64,000 nucleotides of DNA from an uncultured Actinomycetota bacterium (GTDB lineage Bacteria > Actinomycetota > Actinomycetes > Streptosporangiales > Streptosporangiaceae). The notes beneath the pieces are model-generated. The model made no database searches. It was not told the origin of the DNA and saw nothing but the letters and a program-made list of their open reading frames with translations. Below, one piece after another: positions 32,463-41,541 of the stretch; within the stretch, counting starts at the first letter, position 1; the number at the start of each line of letters is the position of its first letter. The stretch is taken from the NCBI GenBank assembly GCA_963850195.1, contig CAWKKD010000003.1, positions 109,307 through 173,306 on the forward strand, given 5' to 3'. Position numbers and translations under genes: made by a program.

Positions 32463-34049
32463 ATGGCCAAACGGGGTCTGCTCCTGCCGGGCCGTCCGCT
32501 GCGCACCGCCCGCCAGCTGCACACGCTCATGCACTGGGGTACCAGCCTGGCCGGTGAGCTCGTCTCCGCCTCCGCGCGCAGCCCCGACCGGCCCGCTCTC
32601 ATCGACGAGCTGGGCGCGCTGACCTACGCCGAGCTGAACGACCGGACCGACCGGCTCGCCGCCGCGCTGATCCCCGAGGGCAACGGCCGGCGCCTGCGGG
32701 TCGGACTGCTGTGCCGCAACCACCGTGGCCTGGTCGAGGCGCTGGTGGCCTGCAGCAAGCGCGGGGCCGAGGTGGTGCTGCTGGGCACGGGCCTGGGCGC
32801 GGGCGCGATGCGGGCCGTCATGCGCGAGGTCTGGGCCGACCTCCTCATCGCCGACGCGGAGTTCACCGAGCTGCTGCCGCGCGGGCGCCCGAAGATCGCC
32901 CGCTTCATCGCCCGGCCCGACGACCAGGTCCGGCCGGACGACGACGGAACGCCCACCATCGAACGGCTGATCGAGCGGACCCCGGCGCCCGGCCTCGAGC
33001 CGCCGTCGACCCAGGGGCGCACGGTCTTCTTCAGCTCCGGCACCATGGGGCGGCCGAAGGGCGCGCGTCGCCCGCCGCGCCCGGGATTCGTACCGCTCGC
33101 GGCCATGCTGTGGCGCACCCCGCTGCGGGTGGGCGACACGCTGCTCATCCACGCGCCGCTCTTCCACGCCTGGGGCTACTCCTCGCTCCAGATCGCGCTG
33201 GCGCTGCGCGCCACCACCGTCACCGGTCCGCGCCTGGGGCCGGAGGAGATCCTGCAGGCCGTACAGGAGCACCGCTGCACCGCGCTGATCACCGTTCCGG
33301 TCATGCTGCGGCGCCTGCTCGCGCTGCCCGAGGAGACGCGCCGGCGGTACGACCTCTCGTCCCTGCGGCTCGTCCTCGTCAGCGGCTCGCGGCTGCCGGG
33401 CGCGCTGGCCACCGACTTCATGGACGCGTTCCCGGCCCAGCTGTGCAACGTCTACGGCTCGACCGAGGCGGGCTGGGTGACCATCGCGACCGCAGACCAG
33501 CTACGGCGCCGTCCCGGCACCGCCGGACACCCCGTCAGCGGCGCGACGATCGCGATCCTCGACGACCAGGGCCGCCCGGTGCCCCGAGGGCGGCGGGGCC
33601 ACATCTTCGCCCACAACGGCATGTGCTTCGAGGGGTACACCGGGGGAGTGCCGCTCGAGCTGCAGGGCGGCCTGCTCCGCATGGGCGACGTCGGCCGCCT
33701 CGACGAGGACGGCCTCCTGTACGTGGAGGGCCGGGCCGACGAGATGGTCGTCTCCGGCGGCGAGAACGTCTTCCCGAGCGAGGCCGAGGACGTGATCGCC
33801 AGGCTGCCGCAGGTCATGGAGGTCGCGGTGACCGGTGTGCCGGACCCGGCGTACGGCGAGCGGCTGGCCGCCTACATCGTGACGGTGCCGGGCGCGCGGC
33901 TCGACGCGGACACCGTGCGCGGCCACGTACGCGACGCGCTGGCACGCCACGCCGTCCCACGTGACGTGCACTTCCTCACCGAGCTGCCGCGCAACCCCAT
34001 GGGCAAGGTCGTTCCGCACGACCTGGACGGCCTGGCGCCCGGCGCCTGA
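32463..34049 (+). CDS. AMP-dependent acyl-CoA synthetase/ligase (FadD-like)
   Basis: AMP-binding motif FFSSGTMGRPKG. C-terminal PRNPMGKV. The start is uncertain (ATG at 32463 or GTG at 32451). Confidence 0.88.
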   Translation: MAKRGLLLPGRPLRTARQLHTLMHWGTSLAGELVSASARSPDRPALIDELGALTYAELNDRTDRLAAALIPEGNGRRLRVGLLCRNHRGLVEALVACSKRGAEVVLLGTGLGAGAMRAVMREVWADLLIADAEFTELLPRGRPKIARFIARPDDQVRPDDDGTPTIERLIERTPAPGLEPPSTQGRTVFFSSGTMGRPKGARRPPRPGFVPLAAMLWRTPLRVGDTLLIHAPLFHAWGYSSLQIALALRATTVTGPRLGPEEILQAVQEHRCTALITVPVMLRRLLALPEETRRRYDLSSLRLVLVSGSRLPGALATDFMDAFPAQLCNVYGSTEAGWVTIATADQLRRRPGTAGHPVSGATIAILDDQGRPVPRGRRGHIFAHNGMCFEGYTGGVPLELQGGLLRMGDVGRLDEDGLLYVEGRADEMVVSGGENVFPSEAEDVIARLPQVMEVAVTGVPDPAYGERLAAYIVTVPGARLDADTVRGHVRDALARHAVPRDVHFLTELPRNPMGKVVPHDLDGLAPGA

Positions 34050-34065
34050 GCGCCGGGCCGCGCGG

Positions 34066-34929
34066 TCAGCGCTCGGCGCCGGTGGTGGCCTTCGGCTGCG
34101 GCGCCTGCGCGGCGACCGGCCGCGCGGGGCGCAGGAACAGGGCCATGACCGGCACGACGTAGAGCGTCCACGCGATCGCCTGGACCACGGTGACCTGCGG
34201 CGTCAGGTTGAAGACGCCCTGCAGTGCGGTCTGCAGCCACTGGCCGGGCGTGCCGAGCCCGCTGAACCAGGTGTGCGGCTCGAAGGCCAGCGAGTTCAGG
34301 CCGGGCAGGACCGAGGCCTCCTGGAGGTCGTGGAAGCCATAGCCGAACACCCCGGCCGCCACCACGATCAGGGCCACGCCGGTCATGGTGAAGAACCGCT
34401 TGAGGTTGAGCCGCAGCCCGCCCCGGTAGAGCAGGTAGCCCAGCAGCGCGGCGGTCGCGAGCCCGAGCACGGCGCCGATGATCGGCTGCGTCGAGGACCC
34501 GGCGTTGTCGATGTTGGTCCAGAGGAACAGCGCGGTCTCCAGGCCCTCACGGCCGACCGCCAGGAACGCCACGGCGAACAGCGCGCCGGACCCGAGCGCC
34601 AGCGCGCCCTGCAGCCTGCCCTCCAGCTCGGCCTTCATGAACCGCGCGGTGCGGCGCATCCAGAAGACCATCCAGGTGACCAGGCCGACGGCGACGAGGG
34701 ACAGCGTGCCGCCGAAGGTCTCCTGCGTCTTGAACTGCATCTCCCCGGACGCCAGGGTCAGTGCCACGCCGAACCCCACGCTGAGCGTGATGGCGGTGCC
34801 GACACCGGCCCACACCGGAGGGAGCGCACGCCGGCTGCCCGATTTCACCAGGTACGCGATGAGGATGCTGACGACGAGGGAGGCCTCCAGCCCTTCGCGC
34901 AGGCCGATGAGGTAGTTGCCGAGCAACAA
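34066..34929 (-). CDS. efeU: FTR1/EfeU-family high-affinity iron permease
   Basis: Two REGLE motifs (GLREGLEASL and GREGLETAL) and 7 predicted TM segments. TTG at 34929 sits 8 nt after AAGGAG. Confidence 0.85.
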   Translation of the reverse strand: MLLGNYLIGLREGLEASLVVSILIAYLVKSGSRRALPPVWAGVGTAITLSVGFGVALTLASGEMQFKTQETFGGTLSLVAVGLVTWMVFWMRRTARFMKAELEGRLQGALALGSGALFAVAFLAVGREGLETALFLWTNIDNAGSSTQPIIGAVLGLATAALLGYLLYRGGLRLNLKRFFTMTGVALIVVAAGVFGYGFHDLQEASVLPGLNSLAFEPHTWFSGLGTPGQWLQTALQGVFNLTPQVTVVQAIAWTLYVVPVMALFLRPARPVAAQAPQPKATTGAER

Positions 34930-34966
34930 GGGAGACGCTCCTTGTAGAGGGGCCGGGTTCTTACTG

Positions 34967-34985
34967 TTAGGTAAACCTAACCTAA
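34967..34985. promoter_or_regulatory. IdeR/DtxR iron box
   Basis: TTAGGTAAACCTAACCTAA matches the degenerate consensus TWAGGTWAGSCTWACCTWA at 18 of 19 positions. It lies 38 nt upstream of the efeU start. Confidence 0.8.
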
Positions 34986-35157
34986 TCATGAGTCTGGATC
35001 TCTGCCGGGGGGAGCGCAAGCCCGAGCGCCGAGAAGTTTCACCCGTTCACGTCCTGATGTGCCCCCTGTGACCCCGGCTGATGGTGTTTCGCATGGGGTC
35101 GGGTACTCCGCCCGGCGATAAGGGCATAGCGTTTGACATGTGGAGTTCGAAGACGTG

Positions 35158-35943
35158 ATGACCCGGCGTCGTCTGCTCACGGCCGGGGCCATTGGTCTCG
35201 GCGTTCTCGTCGCGGGCGACCAGGGGCGGGAGACGGCGCCCGTCTCTCACCCGTTCGCACGCGCCCGCGCGGTGATCCCGCGGGCGAACACCCCGGCGCC
35301 GCCACGCCCGAAACCGTCGCCGCTGCCGCCCGTACCGGCCCGCGACGAGGCCGTCCACCGCGTGCACGATCTGCTGCCGACGGCTCCGGCCAACGCGATC
35401 GCGCTCACCATCGACGACGGTCCGCAGCTCGAATACACGCCGAAGATGCTTGACCTTTTGGCCGAATACCAGGTCAAAGCGACATTTTCCCTGATCGGGA
35501 TTCAGGTCAAGCAGTTCCCGTCACTGGCGAGGCGCATCGTGGACGCCGGCCACCTGCTGTGCAACCACACCATGCACCATCCGCTGGACATCACCTCGCT
35601 GTCCAAGCGGAAGATCGACGCCGAGATCACGGAGGCGCACGACCGCATCGCCGACGCGACCGGCGTCGCCCCCCGCCTCTTCCGCTCACCCGGCGGCGCG
35701 TGGTCCCACGCCGTCCTCGACTCCGCCGCCCGACACGGCATGGTCCCGATCGACTGGGACATCGACCCGCGCGACTGGTCACAGCCGGGCACCAAGCACA
35801 TCAAGCACAGCATGCTGGGCGCCAAGGCCGGCGACATCCTGCTCTGCCACGACGGCGGCGGCGACCGCTCCGAGACGATCAAGGCCCTGCGGACGGTCAT
35901 CCCGACCCTGCAGAAACGCGGCCTCCAGTTCGTCGCCCTCTGA
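35158..35943 (+). CDS. Secreted polysaccharide deacetylase (NodB/CE4 fold), Tat signal
   Basis: MTRRRLLTAGAIGLG twin-arginine leader. TIDDGP, NHTMHH and FRSPGG motifs. GTGs at 35140 and 35155 are alternative starts. Confidence 0.85.
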   Translation: MTRRRLLTAGAIGLGVLVAGDQGRETAPVSHPFARARAVIPRANTPAPPRPKPSPLPPVPARDEAVHRVHDLLPTAPANAIALTIDDGPQLEYTPKMLDLLAEYQVKATFSLIGIQVKQFPSLARRIVDAGHLLCNHTMHHPLDITSLSKRKIDAEITEAHDRIADATGVAPRLFRSPGGAWSHAVLDSAARHGMVPIDWDIDPRDWSQPGTKHIKHSMLGAKAGDILLCHDGGGDRSETIKALRTVIPTLQKRGLQFVAL

Positions 35944-36051
35944 GAACGCGCCCGAGAACCTTCGCGGTCTGAGTACTCCTACTCATGACGGACCCGGCGT
36001 GGTGATGGAGCATCGACGATCTCGATCACCAGCCGACCGGAGGTCCGCCCC

Positions 36052-36687
36052 ATGCGGGAACCACTCGCACCGACGAGGTGGCGCCGTGCGGCCGCCCTCG
36101 GTCTCACCCTGGCCGCCCTGAGCGCCTGCGCCAGCGATCCCGACACGTCGGGTGCCCGCTGGAGGCGCTCCCACCCGGGGACCGGCCGCTCACTCATACG
36201 GACCGTCGCCTGGCCCGGCACCACCGTACGCAGGATCGAGGCGGACGCCCACGGCTTCCGTACCGTGCTGAGATTCTCCGGCGACGACTCCGACATGGGC
36301 GCCTTCGTCCAAGTGGAACCGGCCGATGCCGACCCCTGCAAGGCCGTGCCCTACTTCATCTCGGACCTTCCCCCCTACCACCCCGATCCCAAGACCTACG
36401 GGCACACCGCCTTCACCGACCGCGCGTGCAAACCCGCCGGAAGGAACGCCTGGGACCTCAGCGACTACGAGCACAACGGAAGTGGCTATGCCTCCTACGC
36501 CGAACGACGTGACGGCGTCCTGCTGATCCTCACGACCACCGACACCTGGACCGACCCGGACTTCACGACCATCGCCGCCACCCTCCACCCACTGAACGAC
36601 CGGCAGCTCGGATCCCTGCTCCGGCCAGAGCTTGTCCGGTGGATCTTCAGCCTGCCGCGCGGCCAAGCCCAACCGGACACGATCTAG
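36052..36687 (+). CDS. Hypothetical lipoprotein
   Basis: Signal peptide with lipobox LSAC. GGAGG RBS. High GC3. Confidence 0.65.
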   Translation: MREPLAPTRWRRAAALGLTLAALSACASDPDTSGARWRRSHPGTGRSLIRTVAWPGTTVRRIEADAHGFRTVLRFSGDDSDMGAFVQVEPADADPCKAVPYFISDLPPYHPDPKTYGHTAFTDRACKPAGRNAWDLSDYEHNGSGYASYAERRDGVLLILTTTDTWTDPDFTTIAATLHPLNDRQLGSLLRPELVRWIFSLPRGQAQPDTI

Positions 36688-37154
36688 GTGAGGACGCGGG
36701 CGTACCAGAGGAAGGGTGGGTCGGGGCGGTCCAGGGTGAAGCCGAGGCGTTCGAGGAGGCGTCGTGAGGGGACGTTGGTCTCGTGCACCTCGGCGGTCAG
36801 GCGCCGGCAGGTGGCCGTGGTGTGCAGGCGGTCCATGAGGGCGGCTATCGCCTCGGTGCCGTAGCCCTTCGAGCGCCACCCGGTGCCGAGTCCGTAGCCG
36901 ATCTCGGCCGTACCGTCGGTGTCCGGTGCGTGCTTGAGCCCGCACTCGCCGATGACCAGGTCCTCATGCGTGATGAGCCAGGTCAGCGCGCCGGGGTCGA
37001 TGACGGCGAGGCGGGCGACCAGCGACGTCGTCTCGGTCGGCCAGCCACGTCCGGCGCTCACACCGGAGTAGTCACCGTCCGCGATGGCGCGCGCCGCGTC
37101 GGGGCCGAGGTGTCGCAGGACGAGCCGTGCGGTGACGATCGGCTCACAGCTCAC
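36684..37154 (-). CDS. GNAT-family N-acetyltransferase (RimJ/RimL-like)
   Basis: RLVLRHL start and WRSKGYGTEA acetyl-CoA motif. It overlaps the rnd stop by 11 nt. Confidence 0.8.
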   Translation of the reverse strand: MSCEPIVTARLVLRHLGPDAARAIADGDYSGVSAGRGWPTETTSLVARLAVIDPGALTWLITHEDLVIGECGLKHAPDTDGTAEIGYGLGTGWRSKGYGTEAIAALMDRLHTTATCRRLTAEVHETNVPSRRLLERLGFTLDRPDPPFLWYARVLT

Positions 37155-38394
37155 CCTTGGACGCCAATCTGACCAGCGCCTTGGCGAGCGGCGTGGCCGT
37201 GAGTTCTACCTGCCACGACCGGCATCCGAGCGCGGTCAGCACGAGGCCGACGGTCTCCTCGGTGATGGTGTCCGGGGGGCTCCAGGCGAGCCGGCGTACG
37301 GTGTCCGGCTGGAGGAGGTTCTCCGTCGGCATGGTGTGCTCGTCGGCCAGCGCGGCGACGACCGCGCGGGTGGCGGTGAGGCGCTCGGCGGCGGCCGGGT
37401 CGCGCTCGGCCCAGCGGTGGGCCGGCGGCGGGCCCTCGCCGGGCAGGCTGTGCTCGGGGAGGGACGGGTCGGGGAGCGTACGGCCGCGCTGGACGGCGCG
37501 GAACCAGGCGGCGGCGTGGCGGCGCGGGTTGCGGCCGCGGAACGTCGGCAGCGCCGACAGGTCGTCGGGGGTGCGGGGGAGCTGGAGCGCGGCCTCGACG
37601 ATCGCGGCGTCGGGCAGGACCCGGCCGGGGGACAGGTCGCGGTCGCGCGCGATCCGATCGCGCGCCGTCCACAGCTCGCGTACGACGGCGAGGCTCCGGC
37701 GGGTGCGCAGCCGGTGGATCCCCGAGGTGCGCCGCCACGGGTCCTGGCGCGGCTCCTTGGGCGGAGCGGTCAGGATGGCGGCGAACTCTTCTTCGGCCCA
37801 GCCGAGCTTGCCCGCCTCGTCGAGCTCGTCACGGAGCTCGTCGCGCAGCTCGACCAGCAGCTCGACGTCGAGGGCGGCGTAACGGAGCCAGTCGGCCGGC
37901 AGCGGGCGGGTGGACCAGTCGGCCGCGGAGTGGCCTTTCTCCAGCGTGAAGCCGAGCACGGTCTCCACCATGGTGCCCAGGCCCACCCGCGGATAGCCCA
38001 GCAGCCGCCCGGCCAGCTCGGTGTCGAACAGCACGTCCGGCACCAGGCCCAGCTCGGCCAGGCAGGGCAGGTCCTGGGTGGCGGCGTGCAGCACCATCTC
38101 GGTACCGTCGAGCGCGGCGTCCAGGGCGGACAGGTCGGCGCAGGGCACCGGGTCGATCAAGAACGTGCCGGCGCCCTTGCGCCGCAGCTGTACGAGGTAG
38201 GCGCGCTGGCCGTAGCGGTAGCCGGACGCGCGCTCGGCGTCCACCGCGACCGGGCCTTCGCCACCGGAGAGCGTGTCGATGGCGCGCTGGAGCGCCTCGG
38301 CGGTCTCGATGACCGGCGGGATCCCATCTCGTGGTTCGAGTAGTGGTACTACGTCTGTTTCCGACACTCCCACGCGCCTACCGTACGCCGTCAA
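37144..38394 (-). CDS. rnd: Ribonuclease D-like 3'-5' exonuclease with HRDC domain
   Basis: VAVDAERASGYRYGQRAYLVQL (ExoI) and later DEDD motifs. The start is uncertain (TTG at 38394, or GTG at 38373 or 38367). Confidence 0.85.
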   Translation of the reverse strand: MTAYGRRVGVSETDVVPLLEPRDGIPPVIETAEALQRAIDTLSGGEGPVAVDAERASGYRYGQRAYLVQLRRKGAGTFLIDPVPCADLSALDAALDGTEMVLHAATQDLPCLAELGLVPDVLFDTELAGRLLGYPRVGLGTMVETVLGFTLEKGHSAADWSTRPLPADWLRYAALDVELLVELRDELRDELDEAGKLGWAEEEFAAILTAPPKEPRQDPWRRTSGIHRLRTRRSLAVVRELWTARDRIARDRDLSPGRVLPDAAIVEAALQLPRTPDDLSALPTFRGRNPRRHAAAWFRAVQRGRTLPDPSLPEHSLPGEGPPPAHRWAERDPAAAERLTATRAVVAALADEHTMPTENLLQPDTVRRLAWSPPDTITEETVGLVLTALGCRSWQVELTATPLAKALVRLASKGEL

Positions 38395-38972
38395 ACTCCG
38401 GAACCGGGCAGAGAGGTGACGCCTATGGGCGGCAGCCCAGCCGCAAGGCAGAGAACGTCACACCATGCGTTGATATGTCCGGCCGTGTTTTCATCCGTCG
38501 GAGACCAGGACGCCCGGAGCTCGAGTTCGGTTGTCGCTGGATCTTCGAATTTGTCGCCGAAGCTCTCCGACACGGCGCGGGTGATCGTCCCGGAGGCGGC
38601 CTTGTAGCCCGCCGCGCGCGCGTCCAGCGCCTCGGTGAGCCAGCTCCAGCCGACCGGCGCGATCAGCGGGTCGGCCGCGATCTCCGGCTCCAGATCGGCC
38701 CGTATGTAGGCGACGACACGGAAGTCGCCGTCCCAGCCGCGCTGGCCTTCCGGGTCGTACAGCACGATGAGGCGGCCGACGGCCAGCTCGGAGTCGTCCT
38801 CGCGGTAGACCGTCGCCATGATCGCGGCGGCGTACGGCGCCAGCCGCTGCGGCGCGGGCATGTCCTCGATGACCAGCTCGGCGCGGGTCGGCTCGGCGTC
38901 GACGAAGCCGCGCAGCGTCTGGACCACGGACCGGAATGGCGCCGGTGCGTCGGCGGTGTTTCGGGGCGTCAT
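38391..38972 (-). CDS. DUF3000-domain protein
   Basis: It sits next to rnd and hemE, the position I recall for the mycobacterial Rv2680 homologue. High GC3. Confidence 0.7.
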   Translation of the reverse strand: MTPRNTADAPAPFRSVVQTLRGFVDAEPTRAELVIEDMPAPQRLAPYAAAIMATVYREDDSELAVGRLIVLYDPEGQRGWDGDFRVVAYIRADLEPEIAADPLIAPVGWSWLTEALDARAAGYKAASGTITRAVSESFGDKFEDPATTELELRASWSPTDENTAGHINAWCDVLCLAAGLPPIGVTSLPGSGV

Positions 38973-39039
38973 CGGCCTCGTGGCCGATCCGCTGGAGGCA
39001 CACCCGCGATGGGGGGATTAGGGCGCATGGTGTGGTGGC

Positions 39040-39216
39040 TCAAGCCGCCCGGGACCGCACGATGACCGGGGTCTCGGGAGCGTCGCCGACCAGGATCGCC
39101 ATACCGCACTCGACGCACGCGTACTCGGGGCAGTCCAGGCCGTGGCCATCGGCGCACGGGGGCTGCTCGAACAGGCGTTCGTCGTCACAGGTGGAACAAT
39201 GACGTGTGAGAGTCAT
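39040..39216 (-). CDS. Unannotated 58-aa Cys-rich small protein (putative zinc-ribbon)
   Basis: ATG at 39216, TGA at 39040. Sequence MTLTRHCSTCDDERLFEQPPCADGHGLDCPEYACVECGMAILVGDAPETPVIVRSRAA. CxxC...CxxC pairs. Same strand as DUF3000 and 67 nt upstream of it. Below the track's 60-aa cutoff. Confidence 0.55.
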   Translation of the reverse strand: MTLTRHCSTCDDERLFEQPPCADGHGLDCPEYACVECGMAILVGDAPETPVIVRSRAA

Positions 39217-39411
39217 GCGTCAGTGACCTCCCTCGACTCGGCAGGGTTGGAGCGCCTCACACGCTCGCATGCGCCCCGGCGCGATCGCGGGACGTCGCTC
39301 GGCGTGTCCCGAAGATTCTCATAACGGACGCGTGGTGGGGCCTGGCGGCCCTCATCCACCGTATTCGGGGGTCAGGGCACGTCGAACGCTCGTCCATGGG
39401 ACGATCCAACT

Positions 39412-40518
39412 GTGCATGACGTCCAGAACACCCGACAGCTCAGCACGCCCTCTCCGGCCACCGGCATCGCGGCGCCCGCGCCGGAGACGGGCGAGGAGAG
39501 CGCCTTCCTCCTCGCGTGCGCCCGGCGCCCGGTGCCGCACACGCCGGTGTGGTTCATGCGCCAGGCCGGGCGGTCGCTACCCGAATACCGCGAGGCGCGG
39601 GCCGGCATCCCCATGATGGAGGCCTGCGCGCGACCGGACCTCATCGCCGAGATCACGATGCAGCCGGTGCGCCGCTACGCGGTCGACGCGGCGATCTTCT
39701 TCAGCGACATCGTGGTGCCGCTCAAGGCGATCGGCATCGACCTCGACATCAAGCCGGGAGTCGGCCCGGTGATCGCCGACCCGATCCGCGACGCCGCGGG
39801 CGTGGACCGCCTGCGCCCGCTGGAGCCGGGCGACGTCCCCTACGTCACCGAGGCGATCGGTGCCCTCGTGGGCGAGCTGGGCGGCACGCCGCTCATCGGG
39901 TTCGCGGGCGGTCCGTTCACGCTCGCGTCCTATCTGATCGAGGGCGGCCCCTCCAAGACCCATGACCGCACGAAGGCCATGATGTACGGCGAGCCGAAGC
40001 TGTGGGCGTTGCTGCTCGACCGGCTCGCGGACATCGCGATCGCCTACCTCAAGGTCCAGGTCGAGGCGGGCGCCCGGGCAATCCAGGTGTTCGACTCGTG
40101 GGTCGGCGGCGTGGGCCCGGAGGACTACCGGCGGTCCGTGCTGTCGCACAGCCGCAAGATCTTCACCGCGATGGAGCCGTACGACGTGCCGCGGATCCAC
40201 TTCGGCGTGGGCACCGGCGAGCTCCTCGGCCAGATGGGCGAGGCCGGCGCCGACGTCGTGGGCGTCGACTGGCGGGTGCCGCTCGACGAGGCCGTACGCC
40301 GCGTCGAAGCCGGCAAGGCGCTCCAGGGCAACCTGGACCCGTCGATCCTGCTCGCACCGTGGGAGGTCGTGGAGGACCGGGCCCGTACCGTCCTCGCCCA
40401 GGGCCGCACCGCCGAGGGGCACGTGTTCAACCTCGGCCACGGCGTGCTGCCGGGCACCGACCCCGACGTCCTGGCGCGGCTCGCCGACTTCGTGCACGAG
40501 CAGTCCACCTCGGCCTGA
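39412..40518 (+). CDS. hemE: Uroporphyrinogen decarboxylase
   Basis: [17 protein letters not shown] motif with full-length similarity. GTG start. Confidence 0.93.
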   Translation: MHDVQNTRQLSTPSPATGIAAPAPETGEESAFLLACARRPVPHTPVWFMRQAGRSLPEYREARAGIPMMEACARPDLIAEITMQPVRRYAVDAAIFFSDIVVPLKAIGIDLDIKPGVGPVIADPIRDAAGVDRLRPLEPGDVPYVTEAIGALVGELGGTPLIGFAGGPFTLASYLIEGGPSKTHDRTKAMMYGEPKLWALLLDRLADIAIAYLKVQVEAGARAIQVFDSWVGGVGPEDYRRSVLSHSRKIFTAMEPYDVPRIHFGVGTGELLGQMGEAGADVVGVDWRVPLDEAVRRVEAGKALQGNLDPSILLAPWEVVEDRARTVLAQGRTAEGHVFNLGHGVLPGTDPDVLARLADFVHEQSTSA

Positions 40519-40535
40519 CCCATCACTTCGTGCGC

Positions 40536-41414
40536 TCACACCGCATCGGTCCTTTCCGTGCTTCCGCGCGGCACCCGCATCGCGGTACGCCTGCGCCGCC
40601 ACACCCACAGCGCGGGTACCCCGGCCATCGCCGCCACGACGAGGAACGGCAGCAGCCAGCCGAGCACGAGCGCCAGGCCGCCCACGAACGCCGTGAACGC
40701 CCGCCAGCCGGCCGCCGCACCTCCGGTGAAGCCGGTCGCCCGGCGGTGTCCGGGGGCGTTCGCCGTGCCGCTCTCGAGCCGCAGGGTCACGGTCGCGAGG
40801 GCGGTCCGGTCCCGGTAGGACTTCTGCCGTGCCTGGAGCGACTCCAGGTCGGCCTCCCGCTGGGAGATCTCCTGCTCGACCTGGATGACCTCGCTGACGC
40901 TGCCCGACCGGCCGAGCAGGGCGCGGAAGGACGCGATGGTGGCCTTGGCCGACCTGACGCGGCTGTCGACGTCCGCGACCTCCTGCGTCACGTCCTCCGC
41001 CTCCTGCCGCAGAGACAGCCTCCGGCCGATCCGCGAGGAGCCGAGCTGGTCGAGTACGGCCTGGTACTGCCTGGAGGGGACGCGGAAGGTGATCGTCGAG
41101 GTCGGGCGGGATCCAGGTGTGTCCGTGGAGGTCTCCTCGCCCACGTGACCGCCCACGGCAGCGACGATCTGCTTCGCACCGGCCGCGGCGCGGGAGACGT
41201 CCGAGGCCCGTACGGTGAGGTTCGCGGTGTAGACGACGGCGCGGTCCGGCAGCGTCACGGACGCCGGATCGGCCGGGTTCGCAGCCGGGGGCCCTCCCGG
41301 CCGCGCGACCGCGCCCGCGTCCCCGCCGCGCGAGCTCCCGGCCGAACCATTGACCGCGCCCCCGCAGCCCGTGAGGACCAGCGCGGCGCCCAGCACGAAC
41401 AGGAATGCCTTCAT
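40536..41414 (-). CDS. DUF4349-like lipoprotein with coiled-coil region and C-terminal TM segments
   Basis: Lipobox LTGC. Central heptad-like region. Two C-terminal hydrophobic segments. Confidence 0.7.
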   Translation of the reverse strand: MKAFLFVLGAALVLTGCGGAVNGSAGSSRGGDAGAVARPGGPPAANPADPASVTLPDRAVVYTANLTVRASDVSRAAAGAKQIVAAVGGHVGEETSTDTPGSRPTSTITFRVPSRQYQAVLDQLGSSRIGRRLSLRQEAEDVTQEVADVDSRVRSAKATIASFRALLGRSGSVSEVIQVEQEISQREADLESLQARQKSYRDRTALATVTLRLESGTANAPGHRRATGFTGGAAAGWRAFTAFVGGLALVLGWLLPFLVVAAMAGVPALWVWRRRRTAMRVPRGSTERTDAV

Positions 41415-41428
41415 ATGATTGAGACGCC

Positions 41429-41442
41429 GTGACGTACGTCAC
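41429..41442. promoter_or_regulatory. Perfect 14-bp palindrome GTGACGTACGTCAC (CRP-type GTGA-N6-TCAC core)
   Basis: Read directly. It lies in the divergent DUF4349/hemY intergenic region. Confidence 0.35.
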
Positions 41443-41541
41443 CGTTCGCCGCGCGCCATCGCGATCCGGTCACGATGGTGGCGCCCGCGCGTCACGGACC
41501 ACCGGATGCCCTTGCCCGCCACCTCTGCGATCGTGGACGTC

